From: an uncultured Sphingomonadaceae bacterium
GTDB taxonomy: Bacteria; Pseudomonadota; Alphaproteobacteria; Sphingomonadales; Sphingomonadaceae
Direction of reading: 5' to 3'
Assembly: GCA_964244125.1 (NCBI GenBank)
Contig: CAXTHU010000001.1
Coordinates: 1 to 44,728 of the forward strand
DNA: 44,728 nucleotides
In this document: one piece after another, positions 9,143 to 18,299 of the stretch
Layout of the letters: each line of letters begins with the position of its first letter
Numbering within the stretch: the first letter of the stretch is position 1
Notes under the pieces: model-generated
Seen by the model: the letters and a program-made list of their open reading frames with translations, nothing else
Database searches by the model: none
What the model was told of the DNA's origin: nothing
Translations under genes and position numbers: made by a program

Positions 9143-10276
9143 GTGCCGACACCGATCCGCATCCTGCTGATCGACGACGACGAGGTGGACCGGATGACGG
9201 TCCGCCGCGCCCTGTCGGCGGCCGATCTGCATCACGAACTGGTCGAGGCGGCCGACGGCGCGACCGGCTTCGGCCTGGCGCAGGCCGGCGAGTATGACTG
9301 CGTCCTGCTCGACTATCGCCTGCCCGACGTCGATGCGTTCGACCTGCTGCGCGATCTCCAGTCGCCGGAGGGCGGGCGCAAGGCCGTGCTGATGCTGACC
9401 GGGGAGGCGGACCCGGAAGTGGCGGTGAAGCTGATGCGGGCGGGGGCGCTCGATCACCTCGCCAAGTCCGAGCTGAGCCCGTCCGGGCTGGCGCGGGCGA
9501 TCCGCTATGCCAAGGCGCGACGCGGCTTCGTCGCCGAGCTGGAGACGGCGCGCCGCGACGCCGAGGAGAAATCGGCCGCGCTGGCCATGCTCGATCGGCA
9601 GAAGTCGCTGCTGTTCTCGATCATCGCCCACGATCTGCGCAATCCGTTCCAGGTGCTGCTGGGCCTTTCCGACGTGCTGAGCCGCGCGGTCGCCGATCGC
9701 GACCACGCCGCGATCGAGCGGCGCGCCCAGGGCATCCACCAGGCGGCGCGCGACGCCTACGAACTGATGGAGGGGCTGTTCAACTGGGCCAGCATCCAGA
9801 TGGACAGCGTCGACGTCGCGCTGGAGAGCCTGGCCGTCGCCGACGTCGTCGCCGCCGCGACCGGCAGCTGTCGCGAGGCGGCGAGCGCCAAGGGGGTGGC
9901 GATCGTCGTCGAGGATCGCGGCCTGAAAGTGATGGCGCATCGCGACATGCTGGCGACGATCATCCGCAACCTGGTCGGCAACGCGATCAAGTTCACGCCG
10001 GCGGGCGGCAACATCGTCGTCGCGGCGGAGGGGCGGGGGGACGGGACGGTGGCGCTCGGCATCGCCGACACCGGCGTCGGCATGTCGCCGGACCTCCTGG
10101 CCGGGCTGTTCCGGCTGGACCGCCGCACGACGACGCCCGGAACGGCGGGCGAGCGCGGCAGCGGCCTGGGGCTGCTGCTGTGCCGCGACCTGGCCGAGCG
10201 GCTGGGCACCGCGCTGGAGGTGGAGAGCGCGGCCGGCGAGGGCACGACGTTCCGCTTCGCGCTGGCGCGGGGATAG
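9143..10276 (+). CDS. Hybrid REC-histidine kinase
   Basis: N-terminal receiver (LLIDDD, LLDYRLPD), H-box IAHDLRNP, NLVGNAIKFT, DTGVG and GSGLGL. Confidence 0.9.
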   Translation: MPTPIRILLIDDDEVDRMTVRRALSAADLHHELVEAADGATGFGLAQAGEYDCVLLDYRLPDVDAFDLLRDLQSPEGGRKAVLMLTGEADPEVAVKLMRAGALDHLAKSELSPSGLARAIRYAKARRGFVAELETARRDAEEKSAALAMLDRQKSLLFSIIAHDLRNPFQVLLGLSDVLSRAVADRDHAAIERRAQGIHQAARDAYELMEGLFNWASIQMDSVDVALESLAVADVVAAATGSCREAASAKGVAIVVEDRGLKVMAHRDMLATIIRNLVGNAIKFTPAGGNIVVAAEGRGDGTVALGIADTGVGMSPDLLAGLFRLDRRTTTPGTAGERGSGLGLLLCRDLAERLGTALEVESAAGEGTTFRFALARG

Positions 10277-10303
10277 ATGGCTCCGATCGCCTTTGACCCG
10301 CAT

Positions 10304-10424
10304 CGTTCGTCCTGAGTAGCCGCTGAGCTTGTCGAAGCGGCGTATCGAAGGACCAGCGCTTCGGTCCTTCGATACGGGTCTTCGACTTCGCTACGCTTCG
10401 CTCAGCCCCTACTCAGGACGAACG
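10304..10424. repeat. Palindromic MITE/REPIN-like element, family B, copy 1
   Basis: Perfect 16-bp terminal inverted repeat (IR) cgttcgtcctgagtag/ctactcaggacgaacg and a 14-bp inner IR at 10341-10354/10363-10376. An inverted homolog lies at 37414-37528. Confidence 0.85.
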
Positions 10425-10448
10425 GTGGTGGTGGTCCGTGGGGTGGCA

Positions 10449-13088
10449 CTACCCCCCGTCCTCCCCCCGCACCACCAGCCCGGCCGGCACCGACAGGGTG
10501 AAGGCGCCGCCGCCGTCCGCGTGGTTCGCCGCGGCGACGGCGATGCCCATGGCGTCGGCGAAGCCCTTGACGATGGCGAGGCCCAGGCCGCTGTCGCCGC
10601 CCTGGCCCTGGACGAAGGTCTCGAAGATATGGCCCGCCGTGGCCTCGGCGATGCCCGGTCCCTGGTCGCGGACCGTCAGCGCGACGCCGCCGGCGGCCGC
10701 CCGGCCCTCGATCGTGATCGTCCCCGCGCCGCCGTGCTGGGCGGCGTTGGCCAGCAGGTTGATGAGGACGTGGTGGAGCAGGCGCGCATCGGCGCGGATC
10801 AGCGGCAGGTCGGGCGGCAGCGCCAGCGCGACCGGGTTGAACTGGACGAGATCGTGGACGTCGATGAGCGCGCTGTCGACCGCGTCGGCCAGGTCGACGA
10901 CCTCGGGCGACGGGCGCAGCGCCCCCGAATCGAGCCGGACCATGTCGACCAGATTGTCGAGGAAGCGCCGCAGCCGCGCCACCTCGGCGCGGGCCAGCGG
11001 CAGCGCGGCGAGGTTCCCATGCTCGGCGGCGATGGCGTCGATCGCGGCGCTGACCCCGGTCAGCGGGGTGCGCAGGTCGTGGCCGATCGAGGAGAGCAGC
11101 GCCACGCGCAGCCGGTCGCGCTCCTTCAGCACCGAGGCGCTCCGCACCTCGCCCTCCAGATGCAGCCGCTCATGCGCCAGCGCCGCCTGGCCGACCAGGA
11201 TCGACAGCAGCACGGCGCGGTCGGCCGGCACCGGATCGCCGCCGTCGTCGCGCGACACGCCCAGCACCGCCAGCACGCCGAGCGAGGTCTTGAGCGGGTG
11301 GAACTGCCAGTCGGCCGCGTTCAGCGTCTGGGTATCGTGGCCGGCGGCCTCGCCGCGCGTCCAGCTCCACTCCGCCGCCGCCTGGTCGACCGGGCCGAGG
11401 GGGGCGGGCGTCGGGTCCCCGTCCACGGGTTTCAGCAGCCCGTCGCGCGGGCTCAGCAGGATCGCGTCGACGCCGAGCAGCCGGCCGACGTCGCGGCAGA
11501 TCAGCGCCGCCGTCGCGCCTTCGTCCGACGCGCCGGCCAGCGTCTGGGCGAAGGCGGCCAGCGCCGCGCTCTCCTGCGCGCCGCGCACGCCGAGCTGCGC
11601 CTGCGAGCGCAGCCGCCCGGCGAGCCGGCTGGTCACCGCCGCCACGCCGAGCAGCGCGAGCATGGTCAGCACGCTCTGCGGGTCGGCGATGGTGAAGGTG
11701 TAGAGCGGCGGCAGGAAGAAGAAGTTGAACGCCAGCGCCGCGCCGATGCCGGCGACCAGCGCGTGGCGCAGGCCATAGGCCGCCGCCGCGAACATCACCG
11801 GCAGCAGGTAGAGCATGTCCACCGGGCCGGTGCCGATCCACGGCTGGGCGACCCGCGCCAGCATCGTCGCCGCCGCCACCAGCAGCGCGACCACCGCATG
11901 GTCGCGCGGCGAGCCCCAGGTCGACGCGCGGCGCGGCGCGGCGCGGCGCGGCGGCGCGACGGTCGGCGCGGGGATGACGTGGACCGCCAGCCCCTCGGTG
12001 CCGCGCAGCAGCGATTCGACGACCGAGCCGTGGCGCAGCGCGAACCACCAGCTCCGCTGCGACTTGCCGACGACGAGCTGCGTCGCGCGCATCGCCGCCA
12101 CCTGCGCCAGCAGCCCGGAGACGACGCTTTCGGCCGGGATGGTGGAGATCGTCGCGCCGAGGCCGGTGGCCAGCCGCAGCGCATCGGCGATGCGGCGGCG
12201 CTGCGCCGCGTCGAAGCCGGCGTCGCGCGCGGTTTCGATATGCACCGCCGTCCACGGCGCGCGCAGCGCGTCGGCCAGCCGCTTGGCCGCGCGGACGAGG
12301 ACCTCCGTCCCCTCCTGGTCATGCACCGCCACCAGCACCCGCTCGGCCCCGAAGGTGCCGGCGAGCGCGCCGGCGTCCAGTTCCTCCACCATCCGCCGGT
12401 CGACGCTCTGCGCGGCGCGGGTCAGCGCCATCTCGCGCAGCGCCGACAGGTTCTGGCGGGAAAAGAAATTGTCCAGCGCGCGCGTCGCTTCTGCGGGCAC
12501 GTAGACCTTGCCCGCCTTCAGCCGGTCGATCAGCTCGGCCGGCGGGATGTCGACGATCTCGATCTCGGCATGCTCGAACACGCTGTCGGGCACCGTCTCG
12601 CGCACGCGGACGTGGGTGAAGCTGGCGACGACGTCGTTGAGGCTCTCGACATGCTGGATGTTGAGCGTGGTGTAGACGTCGATGCCGGCGTCGAGCAGCT
12701 CGGCGACATCCTGCCAGCGCTTGGGATGGCGGCTGCCGGCGGCGTTGGTGTGGGCATATTCGTCGACCAGCGCCAGCGCCGGCCGGCGGGCGAGCACGGC
12801 GTCGAGGTCCATCTCCTCCAGCGTCCGGCCGCGATAGTCGATCGTCCGGCGCGGGACGACCGGCAAAGGCGCCACCAGCGCCTGCGTCTCGGCGCGGCCG
12901 TGCGTCTCGACGATGGCGACGACCACGTCGGCGCCGGCGGCGAGCCGCGCGGCGCCTTCCGACAGCATCTCGAACGTCTTGCCGACGCCGGGGGCCGCGC
13001 CGAGGAAGATCTTCAGCCGCCCCTTCCCCTCGCGCGCGGCACTGCGCAGGAGCGCGTCGGGCGAGGGGCGTGGGGTGCGGTCGGGCAT
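10449..13088 (-). CDS. kdpD: K+-sensing histidine kinase KdpD
   Basis: GRLKIFLGAAPGVGKTF, LVDEYAHTN..GSRHPKRWQDV, a USP domain, a four-TM domain, GAF and H-box SIGHDLRTPL. Confidence 0.93.
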   Translation of the reverse strand: MPDRTPRPSPDALLRSAAREGKGRLKIFLGAAPGVGKTFEMLSEGAARLAAGADVVVAIVETHGRAETQALVAPLPVVPRRTIDYRGRTLEEMDLDAVLARRPALALVDEYAHTNAAGSRHPKRWQDVAELLDAGIDVYTTLNIQHVESLNDVVASFTHVRVRETVPDSVFEHAEIEIVDIPPAELIDRLKAGKVYVPAEATRALDNFFSRQNLSALREMALTRAAQSVDRRMVEELDAGALAGTFGAERVLVAVHDQEGTEVLVRAAKRLADALRAPWTAVHIETARDAGFDAAQRRRIADALRLATGLGATISTIPAESVVSGLLAQVAAMRATQLVVGKSQRSWWFALRHGSVVESLLRGTEGLAVHVIPAPTVAPPRRAAPRRASTWGSPRDHAVVALLVAAATMLARVAQPWIGTGPVDMLYLLPVMFAAAAYGLRHALVAGIGAALAFNFFFLPPLYTFTIADPQSVLTMLALLGVAAVTSRLAGRLRSQAQLGVRGAQESAALAAFAQTLAGASDEGATAALICRDVGRLLGVDAILLSPRDGLLKPVDGDPTPAPLGPVDQAAAEWSWTRGEAAGHDTQTLNAADWQFHPLKTSLGVLAVLGVSRDDGGDPVPADRAVLLSILVGQAALAHERLHLEGEVRSASVLKERDRLRVALLSSIGHDLRTPLTGVSAAIDAIAAEHGNLAALPLARAEVARLRRFLDNLVDMVRLDSGALRPSPEVVDLADAVDSALIDVHDLVQFNPVALALPPDLPLIRADARLLHHVLINLLANAAQHGGAGTITIEGRAAAGGVALTVRDQGPGIAEATAGHIFETFVQGQGGDSGLGLAIVKGFADAMGIAVAAANHADGGGAFTLSVPAGLVVRGEDGG

Positions 13089-13222
13089 GGTCCGATCCTA
13101 AGGCGGAAGGCCGGAGAAACCCACCACCGTTCGTCCCGGGTCGCGACCGCCCGCCGATCCGCTCCAGCTTCGCGTTCGTCTCCGGCAAATCCCGTAAGGG
13201 GAGCGGTCGTTGGAGCGGGAAG

Positions 13223-13807
13223 TCACTTGGAAACGACCGGGCCGATCCGCTCCGGCGACTCTATCCGCCTCACCAGACCGTCGATCGCCGCCCAGCCATG
13301 CGCGCCGAGCGCCGCCATCCCCCGGGTGCTACGCTTCGTCATCCCGCCCAGCGCCACGACCGGCACCGGCGCCCCCCGCGCGGCCAGCCCGAACCGCACC
13401 CGTCCCAGCGTCGCCGCGCCGGGATGCGAGCGGGTGGGGAAGACGGGGGAGAGGAATACCACGTCCGCCGCCGCCCGCGCCGCCGCCGTCAGCTCGCGCC
13501 GACCATGCGCCGACATGCCGTGGAGGCCCCGGCCCCCCACTCCACCCCCATGCCACCCGTCCGCCCGCCACGCCGCCGCCAGCCCCGGCGGCCCGGCGAG
13601 CAGCAGCAGCAGCCCGCGCCGCCGCGCCGCCGCCCGCACCCGGTCGAACAGCAGGCGGCGGACGGGCGCGGGGGTCGCGTGGTGGCGGAACACGACGCCG
13701 GACCCGCGGGGCAGGGCATTCAGCGCCGGCCACAGCGCCTCGCCCGCCCGCTCGTCGGTCATCAGCCACAGACGGGGGACGGGGGAGCGGGCGCGGCGCG
13801 GCGGCAT
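13223..13807 (-). CDS. Thiamine phosphate synthase / TenI-like protein
   Basis: LWLMTDER, SAH, FLSPVFPTRSHPG and VVALGGM. Divergent from yggS. Confidence 0.8.
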   Translation of the reverse strand: MPPRRARSPVPRLWLMTDERAGEALWPALNALPRGSGVVFRHHATPAPVRRLLFDRVRAAARRRGLLLLLAGPPGLAAAWRADGWHGGGVGGRGLHGMSAHGRRELTAAARAAADVVFLSPVFPTRSHPGAATLGRVRFGLAARGAPVPVVALGGMTKRSTRGMAALGAHGWAAIDGLVRRIESPERIGPVVSK

Positions 13808-13813
13808 GGCGCT

Positions 13814-13841
13814 CCCTATAGCACCGGCCCTATAGCACCGG
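13814..13841. repeat. Perfect 14-bp tandem duplication (ccctatagcaccgg)x2 in the divergent promoter gap
   Basis: Read directly at 13814-13827 and 13828-13841. Confidence 0.9.
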
Positions 13842-13843
13842 CG

Positions 13844-14497
13844 ATGACCGACGCCCTCTCCGCCGTCCATGCCCGCATCGCCCGCGCCGCGCGTCCCGCC
13901 CGCCGCGATCCGGGCGACGTCACCCTCGTCGCCGTGTCCAAGACCCGCAGCGAAGGGGAGATCGCTCCGCTGATCGCCGCCGGCCAGCGCGTCTTCGGGG
14001 AGAACCGGGTGCAGGAGGCGGCGGCGAAATGGCCGGCGCTGAAGGCCATGACGCCCGGGCTGCGCCTCCACCTCGTCGGCCAGCTCCAGTCCAACAAGGC
14101 CGCCGCGGCCGTCGCGCTGTTCGACGCGATCCATTCGGTCGACCGGCCGTCGCTGGTGACGGCGCTGGCCACCGCGATGGACGCCACGGGCCGCCGCCCG
14201 GACTGTTTCGTCCAGGTGAACATCGGCGAGGAGCCGCAGAAGGCCGGCTGCGCGATCACCGACCTGCCCGCGCTTCTCGACATCGCGCACGCCGCGGGAC
14301 TGCCGGTGGCGGGGCTGATGGCGGTGCCGCCGGCCGGGGTCGCCGCCGCGCCCTATTTCGCGTTGCTGGCCAAGCTCGCCCGCGACCACGGGCTGGCCGG
14401 CCTCAGCATGGGCATGTCGGACGATCTGGAGGAGGCGGTGATGCTGGGCGCGACCCATGTCCGGGTCGGCACCGCGCTGTTCGGCGCGCGCGGATGA
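13844..14497 (+). CDS. yggS: PLP homeostasis protein YggS
   Basis: LVAVSKT, FGENRVQE, HLVGQLQSNK, LSMGMS.D and HVRVGTALFG motifs. Confidence 0.92.
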   Translation: MTDALSAVHARIARAARPARRDPGDVTLVAVSKTRSEGEIAPLIAAGQRVFGENRVQEAAAKWPALKAMTPGLRLHLVGQLQSNKAAAAVALFDAIHSVDRPSLVTALATAMDATGRRPDCFVQVNIGEEPQKAGCAITDLPALLDIAHAAGLPVAGLMAVPPAGVAAAPYFALLAKLARDHGLAGLSMGMSDDLEEAVMLGATHVRVGTALFGARG

Positions 14498-14509
14498 CGC
14501 CGCCCCGGA

Positions 14510-15733
14510 TCAGTTGTTCTTCAGCGCCAGCGCCGTCGCGGTCACCGAGAAGATCGGCGAGATCAGGAGGTTGATGATCTGGACCAGCTTGCTCGTCGTG
14601 TTCGACGGCGAATTGGCGAGATAGACCACGTCCTTGTCCTGCATCGCGAAACGCTGCGACAGGAAGTAGCTGGCGGGATCGGTGAGATCGAGGCGGTAGA
14701 TGATCGGCGTGCCGTCCGGCCCGCCGCCGCCCTGCGCGGGCGCATAGCGGAAGACGAACACGGCACGCGGATCGGCCGACGTGTCGCTCGGGCCGCCGGC
14801 GCGGGCGACCGCTTCGGCGAGCGACACGCCGACGGCGTTGAACGGCGCCTGCGCCACGCGGCCGGCGGCGCCCAGCACGACGTAGCTGCGCTCGCGCCGG
14901 AGCAGCTCGATGCGGTCGCGCGGCAGCAGGACGAGGTCGTCGGCCGAGCGCGAGCGGATCGCCGACAGCGGTGCCTCGACGGTGCGGCCGTCGCGGGTGA
15001 AGCGGACGCGGATGTCCTCGGGCTGGTCGGCGCCGCCGGTCGAGCTGCCGCCGGCGATGCCGCCGGCGTCGGCGATGGCGTCGAGCAAGGTCTCGCGCGC
15101 GCCGGTCAGGCGATAGCGGCCGGGCGTGCGCGCCTGCCCCGTCACCAGCACGGTGCTGGCGACCGTCTGGCCCAGCGTCACGATCACCTGCGGGCTCTGC
15201 GACTTGCCGGCCAGCCCCGCCTCGATCATGCGGCCGACCTGCGTCGTCGTCTTGCCGGCGACCTGGAGGCGGCCGACGTAGGGCACGCTGATCGCGCCGT
15301 CCTCGTCGACCGACAGCCCCGTCACCTGGCCGCGCCGGGCGGTGTCGGTCTGCGGGAGCGCGCCGCTCTCGCTCAGGGTCGCCTGGCCGCCGCCCGAGAA
15401 GAGCGAGGCGCCGACCTCGAACACCGAGATCTGGAGCACGTCGCCCGGCCCGATCACGTCGACCCGGCCCGGACGCGCGAGGCCGGCGAGCGCCGTGGTC
15501 GAAACCGCGGCCGTCGTCGCCATCGCCGGCAGGGTCGGCTCGACGCCGAGGCCGGCGATGTTGGCCGGCGCGACATCGACGATGCGGAAACCCATCAGGT
15601 TCCGGTCGGCCTCGGCGCCGCGGACGATCTGCCTGGCGGTCGGGCCGCTGGACGGCAGGCTGGCGCAACCCGACAGCAGCAGCGCGCCGGAGGAGGCGAA
15701 AGCCACCGCGCGGCTCACGGCCCGCTTCGTCAT
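14510..15733 (-). CDS. Outer-membrane polysaccharide export lipoprotein (Wza/KpsD/BexD-type)
   Basis: Lipobox LLLSGC followed by SLPSSGP, PES motif 'IGPGDVLQISVFE...VDEDGAISVPYVG', SLBB repeats and the C-terminal 'F.MQDKDVVY.AN'. Confidence 0.88.
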   Translation of the reverse strand: MTKRAVSRAVAFASSGALLLSGCASLPSSGPTARQIVRGAEADRNLMGFRIVDVAPANIAGLGVEPTLPAMATTAAVSTTALAGLARPGRVDVIGPGDVLQISVFEVGASLFSGGGQATLSESGALPQTDTARRGQVTGLSVDEDGAISVPYVGRLQVAGKTTTQVGRMIEAGLAGKSQSPQVIVTLGQTVASTVLVTGQARTPGRYRLTGARETLLDAIADAGGIAGGSSTGGADQPEDIRVRFTRDGRTVEAPLSAIRSRSADDLVLLPRDRIELLRRERSYVVLGAAGRVAQAPFNAVGVSLAEAVARAGGPSDTSADPRAVFVFRYAPAQGGGGPDGTPIIYRLDLTDPASYFLSQRFAMQDKDVVYLANSPSNTTSKLVQIINLLISPIFSVTATALALKNN

Positions 15734-15779
15734 ACCGCCGTCCCTTGAACCCATGCCCGCCAGATCCTGCCCCGAACGC

Positions 15780-17090
15780 TCAGACGCGGGCACCGCCGAC
15801 CACCTGCCGGTAGAGCGCCGCGACCCTGTCCCGGTAGCGGCTGGACGAGAAATTGCCAGCCTGAATCGGCCCCGCCGCCGCCAGCCGCCGGCGCAGGCCC
15901 TCGTCGCCGTCGAGCCGGCGGATGCCGGCGGCGATCGCCGCCACGTCGTAGGGATCGACCGTCAGCGCCGCCTCCCCCACCACCTCCGGCAGCGCGCCGG
16001 TATCGCCGGTGAGCAGCGGGACGCCGAGCGCCAGCGTCTCCAGCGCCGGCAGGCCGAAGCCCTCGTGGAGCGAGGGGAACAGGACGGCGCGCGCCCCCCG
16101 GATCAGCTCGACCAGCAGCGGCCGGGGGAGATAATCGACCACCCGCACCCGCTCGGCCGCCGCCAGCCGCTTGCCGTGGCCGCCGTTGAGCAGGCGGAGC
16201 GCGTCCTCCGACCGCCAGCCGCCGGCGCCGACGATGACCAGCGGGGCCGCGACGTCGGCCGACAGATACGCCTCGATCAGCCGGCCGACATTCTTCTTCG
16301 GCTCGATCGCGCCGAAGAACAGGAAATAGCCGTCGCGCGCCAGATCGAACAGCCGCGCCAGCCGCCGGTCGAGATCGTCGCCTTCCACTGCGGCGGCGGG
16401 CAGGTCGACGGGCTGGAAGGTGTTGACGACGCGCGCCGGATCGGTCGGGAACAGCTCCAGTATGTCGCGGCGCGACGCCTCCGACACGGTGCAGATCGCC
16501 GCGGCTTGCGCCACGCAGCGGCCGATCAGCGCGTCGTGATAGCGCTTGTCCTCCAGGCTGGTATGCGGCAGCCGCAGCGGCACGAGATCGTGGATGGTGT
16601 AGATGTTGGCCGCCCCCGCCAGCGTCACCGGCACCGGATAGGTCCAGTGCATCACCGCCGGGGGATCGGGCACGCGCACCGTCATGAACCGGCCGTAGCG
16701 GCGGAAATGCCGCACCGAGATGGTGAACAGCGAGCCGAGGCTGAACAGCCGGTCGAAGCGCGGCAGGCTGGCGAAATCGGCGTTCACCACCCGGCCGCTC
16801 ACCGGCACCGGCACCATGTCGCGCGGGAAGGGCGAGGTGAAGGCGCGCTTGATTGCCCGGCGGAGCGTCGGCTTGAGCTTGACGGCGGCCGGATCGCCCT
16901 CGGCCAGACGGGCGTAGAACAGCGTCTCGCGCAGTTCGGGCCGGGCCTTGGGCGGGATGTCCAGCCCGAAGAGCAGGTCGATCGGGTGGCCCAGTTCGTC
17001 GACCGCCCGCGCGAGCGTCCGGCCATAGGTGGCGACCCCGGTGCCGCGGGTCATGGCGAGGTTGTAGCCGTCGATGCCGACCCGGTTCAT
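15780..17090 (-). CDS. Glycosyltransferase family 4
   Basis: GTGVATY, TIHDLVPL, GAIEPKKN, and FPSLHEGFGLPALE (EX7E). Confidence 0.9.
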   Translation of the reverse strand: MNRVGIDGYNLAMTRGTGVATYGRTLARAVDELGHPIDLLFGLDIPPKARPELRETLFYARLAEGDPAAVKLKPTLRRAIKRAFTSPFPRDMVPVPVSGRVVNADFASLPRFDRLFSLGSLFTISVRHFRRYGRFMTVRVPDPPAVMHWTYPVPVTLAGAANIYTIHDLVPLRLPHTSLEDKRYHDALIGRCVAQAAAICTVSEASRRDILELFPTDPARVVNTFQPVDLPAAAVEGDDLDRRLARLFDLARDGYFLFFGAIEPKKNVGRLIEAYLSADVAAPLVIVGAGGWRSEDALRLLNGGHGKRLAAAERVRVVDYLPRPLLVELIRGARAVLFPSLHEGFGLPALETLALGVPLLTGDTGALPEVVGEAALTVDPYDVAAIAAGIRRLDGDEGLRRRLAAAGPIQAGNFSSSRYRDRVAALYRQVVGGARV

Positions 17091-18199
17091 GCCGCCGCCC
17101 CGGCGTAGAAGGCGTCGAGCCGCGCGGCATAGGCGGCGGGCGCGAAGAAGGCGGCGCGCGCGCGCCCCGCCGCCGACAGGCCGGCGGCGAGCGCGTCGTC
17201 GGCGTCCAGCCGGGCGATGGCGGCGGCCATCGCGGCGGTGTCGCGCGGATCGACCGCGAGGGCCGCGCCGCCCGCCACTTCCGCCTGTGCGCCAAGATCG
17301 GATGTCATCACCGGCGTGCCTAGCATCATCGCCTCGGCGATCGGTAGCCCGAAACCCTCGGCGAGCGACGGGAAGAGGAGCGCGCGGGCATCGCGCATCC
17401 AGGCGAACAGGGTGGCCGGCGCCTGCCAGGGCAGGCGGACGACCAGCGGCCGCGCGTCCAGCATCGCCTCCAGCGCGGCGTCCGCCGCCGGCCCGACGAC
17501 GACCAGCGGGCGCCGCGTGCCGGACAGCGCATGCGCCTCGGCCAGCCGGGCGATGTTCTTGCGCGGCTCCACCGTGCCGCAGAACAGGTAGAAGCCGCCC
17601 GGCGGCAGCAGCGACTGGGTGCCGGGCAGCGGGTCCGCCGCCTGCCAGCAGTTGCCGATCCTCGCCGGATCGATCCCCAGGGTCGCGACCAGCTCCGCCC
17701 GCCCCGCTTCCGATACCGCCAGCAGCCGGTGGGCGTGCGCCAGGATGGCGGCGAGCAGGCGGCGGTGGCGCCGCCCGGAAATCGTGGTGAGATCGGGCCG
17801 GGTGAGCGGGATGAGATCATGGACGGTATAGATATTGCGCCAGCCGTCGAGCCGGAGCGGCACCGGATAGGTCCAGTGCATCAGCCCGGGCGGACCGTCC
17901 ACCGTCAGCCGCAGCGGCCGGCCATGGAGATCGAAATGGGCCTGCGCCTCGGCGAAGAGGCCCGGCGGGGCGACCAGCCGCTCGCCCCGCCGCACCAGCG
18001 CCCGCGCGCCGGGGCGCAGCGCGGCGAGGCGGCGGCGCCAGCGGCCGGGCCGTTCGCCCGCCGCCTCCGCCAGGATCAGCGGCGGACGGCCCGCCCGGGC
18101 GAGCGTCGCCACCAGCCGGTCGGCATAGCTGCCGACCCCGGTGGCGCCGGCGTCCAGCATCCGGCCATCGACGCACAAGGGAATATTCATGTCGGCCAT
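17087..18199 (-). CDS. Glycosyltransferase family 4, paralog of the downstream gene
   Basis: TGVGSY, MHWTYPVP, TVHDLIPL, GTVEPRKN and FPSLAEGFGLPIAE motifs. Confidence 0.9.
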   Translation of the reverse strand: MADMNIPLCVDGRMLDAGATGVGSYADRLVATLARAGRPPLILAEAAGERPGRWRRRLAALRPGARALVRRGERLVAPPGLFAEAQAHFDLHGRPLRLTVDGPPGLMHWTYPVPLRLDGWRNIYTVHDLIPLTRPDLTTISGRRHRRLLAAILAHAHRLLAVSEAGRAELVATLGIDPARIGNCWQAADPLPGTQSLLPPGGFYLFCGTVEPRKNIARLAEAHALSGTRRPLVVVGPAADAALEAMLDARPLVVRLPWQAPATLFAWMRDARALLFPSLAEGFGLPIAEAMMLGTPVMTSDLGAQAEVAGGAALAVDPRDTAAMAAAIARLDADDALAAGLSAAGRARAAFFAPAAYAARLDAFYAGAAA

Positions 18200-18299
18200 G
18201 CGACAGGCGGAGCGGTTGGGGCGACCGATGGTTGTCCCTGCCTAGCGATTGCCGCGATTAGACGCCACATGACGGCGGCCAAGCAAATACGGGACTGCC

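Noticed and set aside
10304-10424. Repeat elements read as a CRISPR array or tRNA
   Set aside because: There is no repeat-spacer periodicity, no cas gene and no tRNA D/T-loop consensus.
10329-13835. 1168-aa plus-strand ORF
   Set aside because: It is an antisense shadow of kdpD and the thiE-like gene. It is Arg/Gly/Ala-rich, has no motifs and starts inside a repeat. Long shadow ORFs are expected at this GC content.
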